Shown one piece after another: positions 17,451 through 28,550 of a stretch of DNA of 64,000 nucleotides. The DNA is taken from NCBI GenBank assembly GCA_963801105.1, contig CAWDDH010000003.1, positions 984,785-1,048,784 of the forward strand, in the 5' to 3' direction. The DNA comes from an uncultured Acidimicrobiia bacterium (lineage in GTDB: Bacteria > Actinomycetota > Acidimicrobiia > IMCC26256 > JAENVU01). Each line of letters begins with the position of its first letter. Position 1 is the first letter of the stretch. The notes under the pieces were generated by a model. It saw nothing but the letters and a program-made list of their open reading frames with translations, was not told the DNA's origin and searched no databases. The translations under genes were made by a program, and so were the position numbers.

Positions 17451-19913
17451 CTAGCCGTCCTCCCCTTCTCCGCCCTCGAGGACGAGAGCGACGGCGACCA
17501 CGCTCTCCCCGCCCTTCACCGTTGCGACCTTGACCCCGGTCGCGTCCCGGCCCTGGGAGGAGATGTCACGAACGCCGGTCCTGATGATATTGCCGACGGA
17601 GCTGAAGACGAGGATCTCGTCGTCGGGCTGCACGGTGAACGCGGCGATCACGCCCACCCGGCTGGCGGTGATCTTCATCCCCCGCACTCCCTGCCCGCCC
17701 CTGCCCTGCTGCTTGAACCGGTCGAGCCTGGTGCGCTTGCCGTGCCCGCTCGAGCTGACGAAGAGCATCACCGAATCGTCCTTGGCCACATCACAGGAAA
17801 CGACCGCATCCTCGTCGTTCTTGAGCTTCATGCCCCGGACTCCGGCGGCGGCGCGGCCCATGGGGCGCACGTCGGTCTCGTTGAAGCGGATGGTCATCCC
17901 GTTGCGCGACACCATGAAGATGTCCTCGTCTCCGGTCGTCTGGATCACCCGGACGAGCTCGTCGTCCTCCTTCAGGTTGATCGCGATCAACCCGGTGCGC
18001 AACGACGAGTCGTACTCGCTCATCTTGGTCTTCTTGACCTGGCCCTTCTTCGTGGCGAAGAAGAGGTACGCGCCGTCCTCGTACGTACGCGTGTCGATGA
18101 CGGCCTGGACCCGCTCCTCGGGGCCGAGCGCGAGCAGGTTCACGATGGCGGTGCCGCGGGCGGTGCGCTCCTTCATCGGGATCTCGTGGGCCCGCAGCCG
18201 GTACACCTTGCCGCGGTTCGAGAAGAACAGCAGGTACGAGTGCGCAGTCGTGGTGAGCAGATGCGCGACGTAGTCCTCGTCCTTCAGGCTCGAGCCGCGC
18301 ACGCCCTTGCCCCCGCGACCCTGCCGACGGAACGCGTCGGCCGCGACGGTCTTCACATAGCCCTTGGCCGAGAGCACGACGATGACCTCTTCGTCCTCGA
18401 TGAGGTCGAGGTCGTCGATGTCGCCGGTGTCGAGCGTGACCTGGGTGCGCCGCTCGTCGGCGAACTTCTCGCGCACCTCGGCGAGCTCCTCCGAGATGAC
18501 CTGCATCTTGCGCTCGTCGCTCGCGAGGATCGCCTCGAGCTCCGCGATGCGCGCCTGAAGCTCGGCGTGCTCGTCGACGAGCTTCTGGTGCTCGAGCTGG
18601 GCGAGCCGGCGCAGGGGCATGTCGAGGATGTGCGTCGCCTGCACCTCGCTGAACTCGAAGGGTTTGGCCTGCAGCGCGGTGCGTGCGGCGTCGGTGTCCT
18701 CGGAGCCGCGGATGAGGGCGATGATCTCGTCGATCGCGTCCAGCGCGCGCAGCAGCCCTTCGACGATGTGCGCGCGGTCGCGGTCCTTGCGCAGGCGGTG
18801 CTCGGTGCGCCGGGTGATCACCACGACCTGGTGGTCGATGTACACCTGGAGCGCATCGCGCAGGTTCAGCAGGCGCGGGATGCCGTCGACGAGCGCGAGC
18901 AGGTGCACCGCGAAGTTCGTCTGCATCGGGGTGTGCTTGAAGAGCTGGTTCAGCACGACCTGCGAGTTCGCGTCACGCTTGAGCTCCACGACCAGGCGCA
19001 CCGAATCGCCCGCCGATTCGTTGCGGACGTCTCGGATCCCCTCGATCTTGCGCTCGTTGACGAGGTCCGCGATCTTCGAGCCGATCACCTCGACCGAGGT
19101 CTGGTACGGCACCTCGGAGATGACGATCCTCTGCTCGCCCTTGCGTCCCTCGTCGATCTCGGCGACGGCACGCATCTTGATGGAGCCGCGTCCGGTCCGG
19201 TACACGTCGCGCGCGCCGGCCTGTCCGAGGATGAGCGCGCCGGTCGGGAAGTCGGGCGCCTTCACGAAGGCCATCAGATCATCGGGCGTGGAGTCGGGGT
19301 TCGCGATCAGATGCTGGGTCGCGTCGATGACCTCACCGAGGTTGTGCGGCGGGATGTTCGTGGCCATGCCGACCGCGATCCCGCCACCACCGTTGACGAG
19401 CAGGTTCGGGAACCGCGCCGGCAGCACACCGGGTTCGTCGTTGTTGCCGTCGTAGGTCTCGTCGAAGTCGACCGTGTCCTCGTCGATCTCGCCGAGCAAC
19501 TGCATCGCCAGCGGCGCCAGCTTCGCCTCGGTGTATCTCATGGCCGCCGGCCGGTCGGCGGGATCGGGGGAGCCGAAGTTCCCGTGCCCGTCGACGAGCG
19601 GGTACCGCAGGGAGAAGTCCTGCGCCATGCGGGCGAGCGCGTCGTAGATCGACTGGTCGCCGTGCGGGTGGTACTTGCCCATCACGTCGCCGACGGCGGA
19701 CGCGCACTTCTTGTAGTTGCGCTCCGGGCGCAGGCCGCCCTCGTACATGCCGTACAGGATCCGGCGTTGTACGGGCTTGAGGCCGTCGCGCGCGTCGGGC
19801 AGCGCACGCGAGGTGATGACCGACATGGCGTAGTCCAGGAAGGAGCGTTCCATCTCCTCCTGGATCTCGATCGGTTCGATGTTCAGTTCGAGGGGCTGCG
19901 CGCCGTCGGGCAA
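17451..19913 (-). CDS. gyrA: DNA gyrase subunit A
   Basis: [28 protein letters not shown], GyrA-box QGRGGKG; TTG start with GGAGG. Confidence 0.98.
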   Translation of the reverse strand: MPDGAQPLELNIEPIEIQEEMERSFLDYAMSVITSRALPDARDGLKPVQRRILYGMYEGGLRPERNYKKCASAVGDVMGKYHPHGDQSIYDALARMAQDFSLRYPLVDGHGNFGSPDPADRPAAMRYTEAKLAPLAMQLLGEIDEDTVDFDETYDGNNDEPGVLPARFPNLLVNGGGGIAVGMATNIPPHNLGEVIDATQHLIANPDSTPDDLMAFVKAPDFPTGALILGQAGARDVYRTGRGSIKMRAVAEIDEGRKGEQRIVISEVPYQTSVEVIGSKIADLVNERKIEGIRDVRNESAGDSVRLVVELKRDANSQVVLNQLFKHTPMQTNFAVHLLALVDGIPRLLNLRDALQVYIDHQVVVITRRTEHRLRKDRDRAHIVEGLLRALDAIDEIIALIRGSEDTDAARTALQAKPFEFSEVQATHILDMPLRRLAQLEHQKLVDEHAELQARIAELEAILASDERKMQVISEELAEVREKFADERRTQVTLDTGDIDDLDLIEDEEVIVVLSAKGYVKTVAADAFRRQGRGGKGVRGSSLKDEDYVAHLLTTTAHSYLLFFSNRGKVYRLRAHEIPMKERTARGTAIVNLLALGPEERVQAVIDTRTYEDGAYLFFATKKGQVKKTKMSEYDSSLRTGLIAINLKEDDELVRVIQTTGDEDIFMVSRNGMTIRFNETDVRPMGRAAAGVRGMKLKNDEDAVVSCDVAKDDSVMLFVSSSGHGKRTRLDRFKQQGRGGQGVRGMKITASRVGVIAAFTVQPDDEILVFSSVGNIIRTGVRDISSQGRDATGVKVATVKGGESVVAVALVLEGGEGEDG

Positions 19914-19958
19914 CGGGACCTCCGGTCCGGGTTCGCGGGCGGATACGGGGCGGGGGAA

Positions 19959-21860
19959 TCAGATGTCGAGGAAGCGGACGTCCTTCGCGTTCTCCTGGAT
20001 GAAGCCCTTGCGGGATTCGACGTTGTCTCCCATGAGCTTCGCGAACACCTCGTCGGCGATCGCCGCGTCCTCGACGGAGACCTTGAGCAGCGAGCGCGTC
20101 TCGCGGTTCATCGTGGTCGCACCGAGCTCCTGCCAGTCCATCTCGCCGAGACCCTTGAAGCGGCTGACCTCGATCTTGCGGTTCTCGTGCTGGCCCTCGA
20201 AGTCCCGGAGCGCGCCCTCGTCCTTGAGGTACGTGCGCTCCTTGCCGATGTCGGCGCGGAACAGCGGCGGCTGCGCGACGTACACGTGCCCGCCGCGGAC
20301 GAGCTCGGGCATCTGCCGGTACAGGAACGTGAGCAGCAGCGTGCGGATGTGGGAGCCGTCGACGTCCGCGTCGCTCATCAGGATGACCTTGTGATAGCGG
20401 AGCTTCGCGACGTCGAACTCCTCGGCGATACCGGTGCCCGCCGCGGTGATGAGCGTCTGGATCTCCTCGTTCTTCAGCATCTTGTCCATGCGGGCGCGCT
20501 CGACGTTGAGGATCTTCCCCCGGATCGGCAGGATCGCCTGAAACTCCGGGTTGCGTGCGCGCTTGGCCGATCCGCCGGCGCTGTCCCCCTCGACGATGAA
20601 CAGCTCGCAGTCCTCGGGGTTCTTCGAGGAGCAGTCGGCGAGCTTGCCCGGCATCGACGAGGACTCGAGCAAGGACTTGCGGCGCGTGAGATCGCGCGCC
20701 TGGCGGGCGGCCACGCGTGCGCGCTGGGCCTGGGTCGCCTTGGCGACGATCTGCTTCGACTCGGCGGGGTGCTCCTCGAGCCACTCCCCCAACTTCTCGT
20801 TCGTGGCCTTCTCGACCATCGATCGCATCTCGGTGTTCCCCAGCTTGGTCTTGGTCTGGCCTTCGAACTGCGGGTTGCGCAGCTTCACCGAGATGATCGC
20901 GGTCAGCCCCTCGCGGATGTCCTCGCCGAGGAGGTTGTCGTCCTTCTCCTTCAGAATGTTCTTGCCGCGGCAGTACTTGTTGACCGCGTTGGTGAGAGCC
21001 TTCTTGAAGCCCTCCTCGTGCATGCCGCCCTCGGTCGTCGCGATGTTGTTCGCGAACGAGTGGATGCCCTCGTGGTAGCCGGTGTTCCACTGCATCGCGA
21101 CATCGATCTCGTTCTCATCGGTGGCGTCCTCGAACGCGACCACGCGCTTGAAGATCGGCTCCCTGCTCGCGTTGAGGTGGCGGACGAAGTCGGTGATCCC
21201 GCCGGCGAACCGGAAGTTCTGTTCCGCGACCGGCGTGACGCGCTCGTCGCGGAAGCGGATCTCGAGTCCCTTGTTGAGGAACGCCATCTCGCGCAAACGC
21301 TCGATCAAGGTCTGGGCGCGGAACTCGGTCTCCTCGAAGATGGTCTCGTCCGGCCAGAACGTGACGATGGTCCCGGTCTTCTTCGAGGGGGCCTTCTTGG
21401 TGAGGCTGCCGGTCGGCTTTCCACCGTTCTCGAAGCTCATCTCCCAGCGCGACCCGCCGTTGTGGATCTCGAGGTCCAGCCGGCGCGACAACGCGTTGAC
21501 GACCGACACCCCGACCCCGTGGAGACCGCCGGAGATCTTGTACCCCTCGCCGCCGAACTTGCCGCCGGCGTGCAGCACGGTCAGCACCACCTCGGCGGCG
21601 GACTTGTTCTTGTAGTCCCGGTGGTTGTCGACCGGGATCCCGCGGCCGTTGTCCGCAACCCGGCACCCCCCGTCGGCGAGCAGGGTCACGTCGATACGGG
21701 TCGCGTGCCCGGCCATCGCCTCGTCGACCGAGTTGTCCACGACCTCGTAGACAAGGTGGTGCAGACCGGACAGACCGGTCGATCCGATGTACATCCCCGG
21801 GCGCTCCCGGACGGGCTCCAGGCCCTTGAGCACCGTGATGTCTTTCGCCCCGTAGGCCAC
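19959..21860 (-). CDS. gyrB: DNA gyrase subunit B
   Basis: RPGMYIG, EVVDNSVDE, GGLHGVG, EGDSAGG, DADVDG. Confidence 0.98.
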   Translation of the reverse strand: MAYGAKDITVLKGLEPVRERPGMYIGSTGLSGLHHLVYEVVDNSVDEAMAGHATRIDVTLLADGGCRVADNGRGIPVDNHRDYKNKSAAEVVLTVLHAGGKFGGEGYKISGGLHGVGVSVVNALSRRLDLEIHNGGSRWEMSFENGGKPTGSLTKKAPSKKTGTIVTFWPDETIFEETEFRAQTLIERLREMAFLNKGLEIRFRDERVTPVAEQNFRFAGGITDFVRHLNASREPIFKRVVAFEDATDENEIDVAMQWNTGYHEGIHSFANNIATTEGGMHEEGFKKALTNAVNKYCRGKNILKEKDDNLLGEDIREGLTAIISVKLRNPQFEGQTKTKLGNTEMRSMVEKATNEKLGEWLEEHPAESKQIVAKATQAQRARVAARQARDLTRRKSLLESSSMPGKLADCSSKNPEDCELFIVEGDSAGGSAKRARNPEFQAILPIRGKILNVERARMDKMLKNEEIQTLITAAGTGIAEEFDVAKLRYHKVILMSDADVDGSHIRTLLLTFLYRQMPELVRGGHVYVAQPPLFRADIGKERTYLKDEGALRDFEGQHENRKIEVSRFKGLGEMDWQELGATTMNRETRSLLKVSVEDAAIADEVFAKLMGDNVESRKGFIQENAKDVRFLDI

Positions 21861-22027
21861 CCGCGCAGCACCTCTCGTGGTTCGTCGTCCCGACCGTCCC
21901 GGCGGTCTCCACGGACCGGCGAGGTGCCGGTGGACGGAGGCCCGGGACACGGCCCCGGCGCCACCCGCCGGCCGGCGCGCGTTTCGGCGCGAAAGTCCTG
22001 GTCAGAGGGGGTATCCGAGGTCGGAAC

Positions 22028-22036
22028 AGTGTACCA
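22028..22036 (-). promoter_or_regulatory. Extended -10 promoter for gyrB
   Basis: TGGTACACT on the minus strand about 170 nt upstream of gyrB. Confidence 0.55.
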
Positions 22037-22059
22037 CGGGCCGGTGACCGACCCGGGGT

Positions 22060-22467
22060 TCACCGGGGCGTTTCGCGCCCGGGTTCCGGGCCGGTTTCCG
22101 GGCCCGTTTCCAGGCCCGATCCGGGTCCGGCGCCCCGCTCGCGGCCCGCGACGCCCGGGGCATCGCGCCCGCCCTGCGGCGCACCCACGGAGATGTCCCG
22201 GATCGCGGCGTTCGGCACCCTTTCGGCGAGCTCGGCGACGAGCCCGTCGGTGAGGTACCGGAACTGGCCCGCCCAGGCCGGATCGTCGACGCCGATCCGC
22301 AGGACGCCGTCGCGGAGGTGCCACGGCGTCGAATGGGCCGCCAGCAGGTCGCCCACGAGCTCGGGCCAGGAGTCCCGGATCCGCTCGAGCTGACTGGGCT
22401 CGGGCGTGCCGAGCTCGCGCCGGATGCGCGCGAGGGCGTCGCCGAGTGGACGCGGGTCCTCAGTCAA
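22060..22467 (-). CDS. DUF721/DciA family protein
   Basis: PRPLGDAL, WPELVG..LAAHSTP, GVLRIGVDDPAWA; between recF and gyrB. Confidence 0.82.
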   Translation of the reverse strand: MTEDPRPLGDALARIRRELGTPEPSQLERIRDSWPELVGDLLAAHSTPWHLRDGVLRIGVDDPAWAGQFRYLTDGLVAELAERVPNAAIRDISVGAPQGGRDAPGVAGRERGAGPGSGLETGPETGPEPGRETPR

Positions 22468-23557
22468 GGACCCGACCCTCGTGGATCCGGAACCAGGCAT
22501 CGGCGGCGATCCCCTCGGGCACGGCGCCCGCGGTCGTCACGAGGGTCTGGGTGGCCGGCAGGTTCGCCACGAGCGCCGCGGCCCGCTGAGCGTCGAGCTC
22601 GCTGAACACGTCGTCGAGGAGCAGCACGGGCTCGTCGCCGCTCGCGTCCGCCACGATCCGATGGCCGGCGAGCCGGAGCCCGAGCGCGAGCGTGCGTTGC
22701 TCGCCCTGTGACGCGTGGTGACGGGCGTCCATGCCGTCGAGCACGAGCGTCCAGTCGTCGCGGTGAGGCCCTACGAGCGTGACGCCCCGGTCCTCCTCCC
22801 GCCGGCGTAGCGCGTCGAGAGCCTCGGTGAGTGCCGCGTTCACCAACCCGGGTGCGAGCGGACCCGCGCACCACTCCGGCTCGTACACCGCGGTGAACCC
22901 CGGCGCCGCACCGGCGAGTGTGCGGTACGCGTCCTCCACCCGGGGCGCGAGTCGCGCGATCAGCTCCAGCCGCTCACGCACGAGCTCGCTGCCCGCGTCG
23001 ACGAGGCGCGCGTCGAGCACGTCACGCGTGGTGCGATCCTCGACCGTGCGAATCCCGGCGCGCAGGAGCGCGTTGCGCTGCTTCAGCACACGCTCGTAGT
23101 CGGTGAGGACCGCGGCGAAGCGTGGGGTGGCCGCGACGATCAGGTCGTCGAGGTACTCGCGCCGTCCCGCAGGACCACCCTTGACGAGCGCGAGGTCGTC
23201 GGGCGCGAACACGGTGACGCGGAGAAACTCCGCCAGATCGCGTCGACGCGTCACGCTCTGCTTGTTCGCGAGGATCTGGTTCCGGCCGACCGCGCGCAAC
23301 GCGATCTCCACCAGCACCTCGCGGTCGCCGTGGTCGATCGCGGCGCGGATGATCGCCTGCTCACACCCCGCCCGCACCAGCGCGCGGTCGGGGACCCCGC
23401 GGAGCGAACGGCCGGTCGCCACCCAGGCGATCGCCTCGAGGAGGCTCGTCTTGCCCTGCCCGTTGCTCCCGGTGATGACCGTGCAGCCCGGCCCGAGCTC
23501 GACCTCGACGTGCTCGTAGCACCGGAAGTCGGTCAGCCACAGGCAACCGAGGTGCAC
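22460..23557 (-). CDS. recF: DNA replication/repair protein RecF
   Basis: GSNGQGKT, GPHRDD, SQGEQR, LLLDDVFSELD. Confidence 0.96.
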   Translation of the reverse strand: MHLGCLWLTDFRCYEHVEVELGPGCTVITGSNGQGKTSLLEAIAWVATGRSLRGVPDRALVRAGCEQAIIRAAIDHGDREVLVEIALRAVGRNQILANKQSVTRRRDLAEFLRVTVFAPDDLALVKGGPAGRREYLDDLIVAATPRFAAVLTDYERVLKQRNALLRAGIRTVEDRTTRDVLDARLVDAGSELVRERLELIARLAPRVEDAYRTLAGAAPGFTAVYEPEWCAGPLAPGLVNAALTEALDALRRREEDRGVTLVGPHRDDWTLVLDGMDARHHASQGEQRTLALGLRLAGHRIVADASGDEPVLLLDDVFSELDAQRAAALVANLPATQTLVTTAGAVPEGIAADAWFRIHEGRVLD

Positions 23558-23558
23558 G

Positions 23559-24656
23559 TCAGCTGATGCGGACGGGCATCAACAGGTAGAGGAACTCCTG
23601 GCGGTCGCCACCCCGCAGCGTCGCCGGCTTCAGCGGGTCCATGGTCTCGAGCACCGCTTCCTCCCCCTCGATGGCACCGAGGCCGTCGATGAGGAACTGC
23701 GGGTTGAAGGCCACGGTCAGATCGGTGCCCTCGAACTTCGCGTCGAGCGCCTCGACGGCGTCGGCCCGCTCCTGAGCCGTCGCCGACAGCTCGAGACCGG
23801 CCGCGCTCATCGCGAGCCGGACCGGTGTTCCCTCGCGTCCTTCGCCCACGATCTGCATCAGGCGCGCGGCCTCCTGCAGCTCCTCGCGCGACACCGTGAG
23901 GCGGTTGGGATAGCCATCGGGGATCAGCTGGCCGTAGTTCGGGAACTCGCCCTCGATCAGACGCGTGGTCACCGACCGGGACTCGTTCGCGAACTTCACC
24001 TCGCGCTCGCCCAACGTGACCTGGATCTGGCCCGAGGAGAACACGCGCTGGACCTCGTTGAGTCCGCGCGCGCCGACGAGGACCTGCTGGCCCTCGCCGA
24101 GCATCCCGAAGCCCTCGAGATCGCGCACCGCGAGTCGGTACGAGTCCGTCGCGACGAGGCGGATGCCCGTCGGGGTCGCGGTCATGAGCACGCCGGTCAG
24201 GATCGGGCGCGCGTCGTCGCGGGACGCGGCCGGGATCACCTGGCGCAGTGCCTCGGCCAGCGGCTCGGCCTCGACCGTGACCGAATCGCCTTCGGGCTCG
24301 CCCACTCGCGGGAACTCGTCGGCGGGCAGCAGTCGTACGCCCGCGCGTGCGGGTCCCGCGACGATCCGGGCGTCGTCGCCCTCGACCTCGAACGTCACGG
24401 CGCCGGCCTTGAGGCGGGTGGTCAGCCCATCGAACAGCTTCGCCGGGACGACCGCGTGACCGGGTTCGTCGACCTGGGCCGGGATGGTGACCCGGATCGT
24501 GAGATCGAGATCCGACCCGACGAGCTCGACCGAGTTGTCGGCGGCCGTCACCTGCACACCGGACAGCACCGGCAGCGCGCCACTGCGCACCGCGATGGCG
24601 CGTTGCGCGGTCCCGATTGCCTCGGCGAGGGTGTCGCGCTCGCAGCGGAACTTCAC
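23559..24656 (-). CDS. dnaN: DNA polymerase III beta clamp
   Basis: RPILTGV, VATDSYRL, LIEGEFPNY, YLLMPVR; GGAGGTG RBS. Confidence 0.97.
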   Translation of the reverse strand: MKFRCERDTLAEAIGTAQRAIAVRSGALPVLSGVQVTAADNSVELVGSDLDLTIRVTIPAQVDEPGHAVVPAKLFDGLTTRLKAGAVTFEVEGDDARIVAGPARAGVRLLPADEFPRVGEPEGDSVTVEAEPLAEALRQVIPAASRDDARPILTGVLMTATPTGIRLVATDSYRLAVRDLEGFGMLGEGQQVLVGARGLNEVQRVFSSGQIQVTLGEREVKFANESRSVTTRLIEGEFPNYGQLIPDGYPNRLTVSREELQEAARLMQIVGEGREGTPVRLAMSAAGLELSATAQERADAVEALDAKFEGTDLTVAFNPQFLIDGLGAIEGEEAVLETMDPLKPATLRGGDRQEFLYLLMPVRIS

Positions 24657-24667
24657 TGTCCACCTCC

Positions 24668-24872
24668 GGGATACGAAGAGAATTGGTTTTGTAGCACTGG
24701 TAGTAGGGGGTGTGGATTGTGGATCACGCGGCATCTGGGCAGGTGGGATGGTGTTGCGTCGTCCACAGCGTGATCCCCTGTTTCCACCGCTTGAGAATAC
24801 GAAACGTGTGATTTCACGGGGTTTCCCCCCGTGGGCCCCGGATATCCCCAGGGTTCCACAGGGTTATCCACC
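24668..24872. other. Replication origin oriC (dnaA-dnaN gap)
   Basis: DnaA-box-like 9-mers at 24711, 24718, 24759, 24852, 24864; G-run, TAG trio-like repeats (24692-24706) and AT-rich tract 24671-24690. Confidence 0.85.
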
Positions 24873-26270
24873 GGTGCCGAGCCGGACGCGGCTCATCAGC
24901 TCGTTGACCTGGTCGAACACCTGGTGGCGTTCGGTCATGAGGGCCTTGATCTTCTCCACCGCGTGGATGACCGTGGTGTGGTCGCGACCACCGAACTGCT
25001 CGGCGATGCGCGGGTAGGAGAAATCGGTCAGCTCACGGAAGACGTACATGCCGATCTGGCGGGCGATGACGAGTGGCCGTCGTCGGCTCTTGCCGCAGAG
25101 GTCCTCGACTGTGAAGCCGAACATCTTGGCGGTCTCGTCGAGAATCAGCTCCGGGGTCACCACGCGGGGCTTGGACGGGGGCAGGAGGTCGGCGAGGACC
25201 TGCTTGGCGACCGTCTCGTCGAGCGTGGTGCGGTGGAGGCTGGAGTAGGCCGCGATCCGGATCAGGGCACCCTCGAGCTCCCGCACGTTGTCGGCGATGT
25301 TCGAGGCGATGAAGGCCAGGACGTCGTCGGGAATGTTCTCGAGCCGCTCCGACTCGGCCTTCATGCGCAGGATGGCCAGGCGGGTCTCGAACTCCGGAGG
25401 CTGTACGTCGGTGATGAGGCCCCATTCGAGGCGGGTCCGGAGGCGGTCCTCGAGGCGGGGGATCTGTTTGGGCGGACGGTCCGAGGAGAGGACGATCTGG
25501 CCGCCCGCGCCGTGGAGGGAGTTGAACGTGTGGAAGAACTCCTCCTGCAACTGCTGGGAGCGTTCCAGGAACTGGATGTCGTCGACGAGGAGGAGGTCGA
25601 CCTCGCGGTAGCGCCGTCGGAAGGAGTTCGCGGCATTGTTCCGGATCGCGTCCACGAACTCGTTCATGAGCGTCTCGGTCGAGACGTACCGGATCCGGCT
25701 GAGCTGATGGACCTCCTTGGCGTAGTTGCCGATCGCGTGGAGGAGGTGGGTCTTGCCCAGGCCGGCCGGCCCGTAGATGAAGAGCGGGTTGTACGAGCGG
25801 GCGGGCGCCTCGGCGACGGCCAGGGCCGCGGCGTGGGCGAACCGGTTCGAGGCCCCGATCACGAAGTGCTCGAAGGTGTACCGGGGGTTCAGCGCGGTCC
25901 AGGCCGGAGGCGCCTCGGTGCTCGGAGCGGCGGCCGGCGCCGCGGGGGCCCCCGCGGCGGGGACGGTGCCGACGGTCGACGCCGGACGCTGGGTCATCAC
26001 GACCGGCTCGTCGACGCGGGGCCCGCTCTCCACGGTCAGGTCGATCACGATGTCGTCGCCCGTGATGTCCTGGAGGACCGCGGCGATCAGCCCGCTGTAG
26101 CTGGATCGGATGCGCTCGCAGACCACACCGTTCGGAGTCGCGAGCCGGAGCCGGTCGCCGTCGAGCTCGACGGGGTGCACATCACGGAACCAGGTGTTCC
26201 AGGTGCCCTCCGACAGCTGCTCCTGGAGCGCCGTCGTTGCCTGGTCCCACGTCTGGGCAGCAGTGGTCAC
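24864..26270 (-). CDS. dnaA: Chromosomal replication initiator DnaA
   Basis: [53 protein letters not shown]. Confidence 0.98.
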   Translation of the reverse strand: MTTAAQTWDQATTALQEQLSEGTWNTWFRDVHPVELDGDRLRLATPNGVVCERIRSSYSGLIAAVLQDITGDDIVIDLTVESGPRVDEPVVMTQRPASTVGTVPAAGAPAAPAAAPSTEAPPAWTALNPRYTFEHFVIGASNRFAHAAALAVAEAPARSYNPLFIYGPAGLGKTHLLHAIGNYAKEVHQLSRIRYVSTETLMNEFVDAIRNNAANSFRRRYREVDLLLVDDIQFLERSQQLQEEFFHTFNSLHGAGGQIVLSSDRPPKQIPRLEDRLRTRLEWGLITDVQPPEFETRLAILRMKAESERLENIPDDVLAFIASNIADNVRELEGALIRIAAYSSLHRTTLDETVAKQVLADLLPPSKPRVVTPELILDETAKMFGFTVEDLCGKSRRRPLVIARQIGMYVFRELTDFSYPRIAEQFGGRDHTTVIHAVEKIKALMTERHQVFDQVNELMSRVRLGTGG

Positions 26271-26283
26271 ACGCCAGTCAGGA

Positions 26284-26315
26284 ATTTCCACAGCCCCATC
26301 CACAAGTGTGGAGAA
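26284..26315. promoter_or_regulatory. Three DnaA boxes upstream of dnaA
   Basis: ATTTCCACA, CCATCCACA, TGTGGAGAA. Confidence 0.7.
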
Positions 26316-26682
26316 CCGATCTGCCCCGGAAAGGGGGCTTGAAGTCTCCGCCGTCGGCCTGGGTCCGGAGCCGGTCGACTCCAAGGGCACGCCCACCGCC
26401 CGAGGCCGTGGGCGGCCGGTGGGAGGTGCGACCGTAGCAGCAGCACCCCCGGTGCTCAAGGGAGCAAGCCAGAAGATCATCCGTGTAGTTCATCCAGTCA
26501 GGTGGTGTCGTCCCCAGCCCCGTGACTGATACGCGCGGCGCGTGATGGAGACTCCCCCAGCTCGCGTGGAGGGTGGGGAGGAGCGCGGGGAGTGGTCCCG
26601 GCAGAGACACTTCCGCGCCCTCGGGATCGGGAGGGTCCGGCCGCACGCGATCCGCGCCGGAGCGTGGAGGTCCGGCCCCGCA

Positions 26683-26712
26683 TTGCGACCGGGTCGGGGC
26701 GCCCTCTAGACT
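26683..26712 (+). promoter_or_regulatory. rpmH promoter
   Basis: TTGCGA-N18-TAGACT. Confidence 0.5.
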
Positions 26713-26800
26713 CCCTCCGCTCTGCCCCTTCCCCATCGTTTCCGAGCCCTCCTTCGCTCGGTTGTCCGGGGCGATCGATCCCTCTTCGAGGAGGCCATGC

Positions 26801-26935
26801 GTGAAGCGGACCTTCCAGCCGAACAACCGGAAGCGCAAGAAGAAGCACGGGTTCCGCACCCGGATGCGCACTCGTGCCGGCCGGGCCGTGGTCAAGGCCC
26901 GCCGTGGCCGCGGTCGCGCGCGGCTCTCGGCCTGA
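26801..26935 (+). CDS. rpmH: 50S ribosomal protein L34
   Basis: [32 protein letters not shown]. Confidence 0.97.
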   Translation: MKRTFQPNNRKRKKKHGFRTRMRTRAGRAVVKARRGRGRARLSA

Positions 26936-27246
26936 TCCACCGCATCCGTCGTCGTGCGACCTTCTCCGAGCTCGCGCGCGTCCGTCCCCGCCGGCGAGGC
27001 CCGGTCTGGGTGCGCAGCACCCGGGTCGCCAACGGGCCCCCGCAGGTCGCGTACGCGATCGGTCGCCCCGTGGGCAACGCCGTGACGCGCAACCGTCTGC
27101 GCCGTCGTCTGCGCGCCGTCGTCACGCGCCACGAATCCGACCTCGCGCCGGCGACGGCCTACCTCATCGGTGCCGGCCCGGACGCGGTCGGTCTCGGGCC
27201 GGAGGCGCTCGAGCAGACGGTCGCAGCCCTGGTGAGGCGGCCGTGA
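26932..27246 (+). CDS. rnpA: RNase P protein component
   Basis: [18 protein letters not shown] motif; start uncertain (CTG overlapping the rpmH stop). Confidence 0.88.
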   Translation: MIHRIRRRATFSELARVRPRRRGPVWVRSTRVANGPPQVAYAIGRPVGNAVTRNRLRRRLRAVVTRHESDLAPATAYLIGAGPDAVGLGPEALEQTVAALVRRP

Positions 27247-27497
27247 CCCGCCCCAGTGTTGCGGCGCGATCGGGAATGGCGCTGATTCGCGGCTATCAGA
27301 AGGTGATGGCCGGTACCACCCCGCGGTGTCGGTTCGCGCCGACCTGCTCCGAGTACACGCGCCAGGCGATCGAGCTGCACGGCCTCGCGCGCGGCACGTG
27401 GATGGGGATGCGCCGCATCAGCCACTGCCACCCGTGGAACCCCGGGGGCTACGACCCCGTCGTCGACCCGAACACCAGTTCGGTATCCGGAGGCTAG
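27243..27497 (+). CDS. yidD: Membrane protein insertion efficiency factor
   Basis: CRFAPTCSEY, CHPWNPGGYDPV. Confidence 0.93.
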   Translation: MTRPSVAARSGMALIRGYQKVMAGTTPRCRFAPTCSEYTRQAIELHGLARGTWMGMRRISHCHPWNPGGYDPVVDPNTSSVSGG

Positions 27498-27503
27498 TCC
27501 GCC

Positions 27504-28550
27504 ATGTGGGACGCAATTCGCGAGGCACTGGGCACCGTCCTCGCCTTCTTCTACAGCGTCATCCCGAACTCGGGTGTCGCGATCATCCTGCTGACCGTCG
27601 CGGTGCGACTGGTGTTGTTCCCCCTGACGGCCAAGCAGGCGAAGTCGATGCTGGCGATGCAGCGGGTCCAGCCGGAGATCAAGAAGCTCCAGGCGAAGTA
27701 CAAGAACGACCGCACGAAGCTCAACGAAGAGATGATGAAGTTCTACAAGGAGAACGAGATCAACCCGCTCGGCGGGTGTCTTCCCCTCCTGATCCAGATG
27801 CCGGTCTTCATCGCGCTCTACCAGACGCTCGAGGACATCCAGAAGTTCATCCCGACCGACTCGAAGATGTTCATGGACATCTGTTCCCCGGCGAAGACCG
27901 CAGCGGCGTGCAAGACGCCGGACATGAAGTTCGCGGGGATGAACCTGACGCGCTCCGCGGCCCAGGCGGCCGACCACGGGATCAGTCAGGCGCTCCCCTA
28001 CCTGATCCTGGTCGCGCTCGTCGTCGTCACCGGGTTCATCCAGCAGCGCCAGACCATGCGCAACCAGACGAACCCGAACCCACAGATGGCCATCATCGGG
28101 AAGGTCTTCCCGATCGTGTTCGCCTTCATCTCCTGGAGCCTGCCCGCCGGGGTGGGCCTGTACTTCGCCACCTCGAACCTGTGGCAGGTCGGACAGCAGG
28201 AGTTCGTCTTCCGGACCATCGGCACCGCGGCCGGCCCGCCGAAGAAGAAGGGTCAAGCCGCGCTCGAGGGTTCGGGCGACGACGCCCTCGACGAGGGCGG
28301 CGGCACGACGACCGACACGAGAGCACCGAAGCCGCCCGGGGGCAAGGGCGGCGCGGGTCGATCGGCCCGGAGCGGGGGCAGCGGCAAGACCGGGGGCGCC
28401 GGGAAGGGCAGCGGCGGCTCCGGCAAGGGCGGTGGTGGCTCCGGCAAGGGGAGTGGCGGATCTGCCAAGAGCACGGGTGAGCAGTCCTCGAACGGCGGCC
28501 AGGCACGCAGCAGCGGCTCCGCCCGCAGCAACCGAAAGCGGAAGCGATAG
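27504..28550 (+). CDS. yidC: Membrane protein insertase YidC
   Basis: MQRVQPEIKKLQ, NPLGGCLPLLIQMPVF, PAGVGLYF; Gly/Ser/Lys tail. Confidence 0.95.
   Translation: MWDAIREALGTVLAFFYSVIPNSGVAIILLTVAVRLVLFPLTAKQAKSMLAMQRVQPEIKKLQAKYKNDRTKLNEEMMKFYKENEINPLGGCLPLLIQMPVFIALYQTLEDIQKFIPTDSKMFMDICSPAKTAAACKTPDMKFAGMNLTRSAAQAADHGISQALPYLILVALVVVTGFIQQRQTMRNQTNPNPQMAIIGKVFPIVFAFISWSLPAGVGLYFATSNLWQVGQQEFVFRTIGTAAGPPKKKGQAALEGSGDDALDEGGGTTTDTRAPKPPGGKGGAGRSARSGGSGKTGGAGKGSGGSGKGGGGSGKGSGGSAKSTGEQSSNGGQARSSGSARSNRKRKR

Noticed and set aside
22070..22130. Imperfect 12-bp tandem repeats
   Set aside because: Short and degenerate; they encode the low-complexity ETGP tail of the DUF721 protein
16926..22253. 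1775-aa plus-strand ORF and other long antisense ORFs (e.g. 44307..47477, 27159..29339, 49101..51521)
   Set aside because: Shadow frames of real genes, caused by high GC and scarce stop codons; no recognisable motifs
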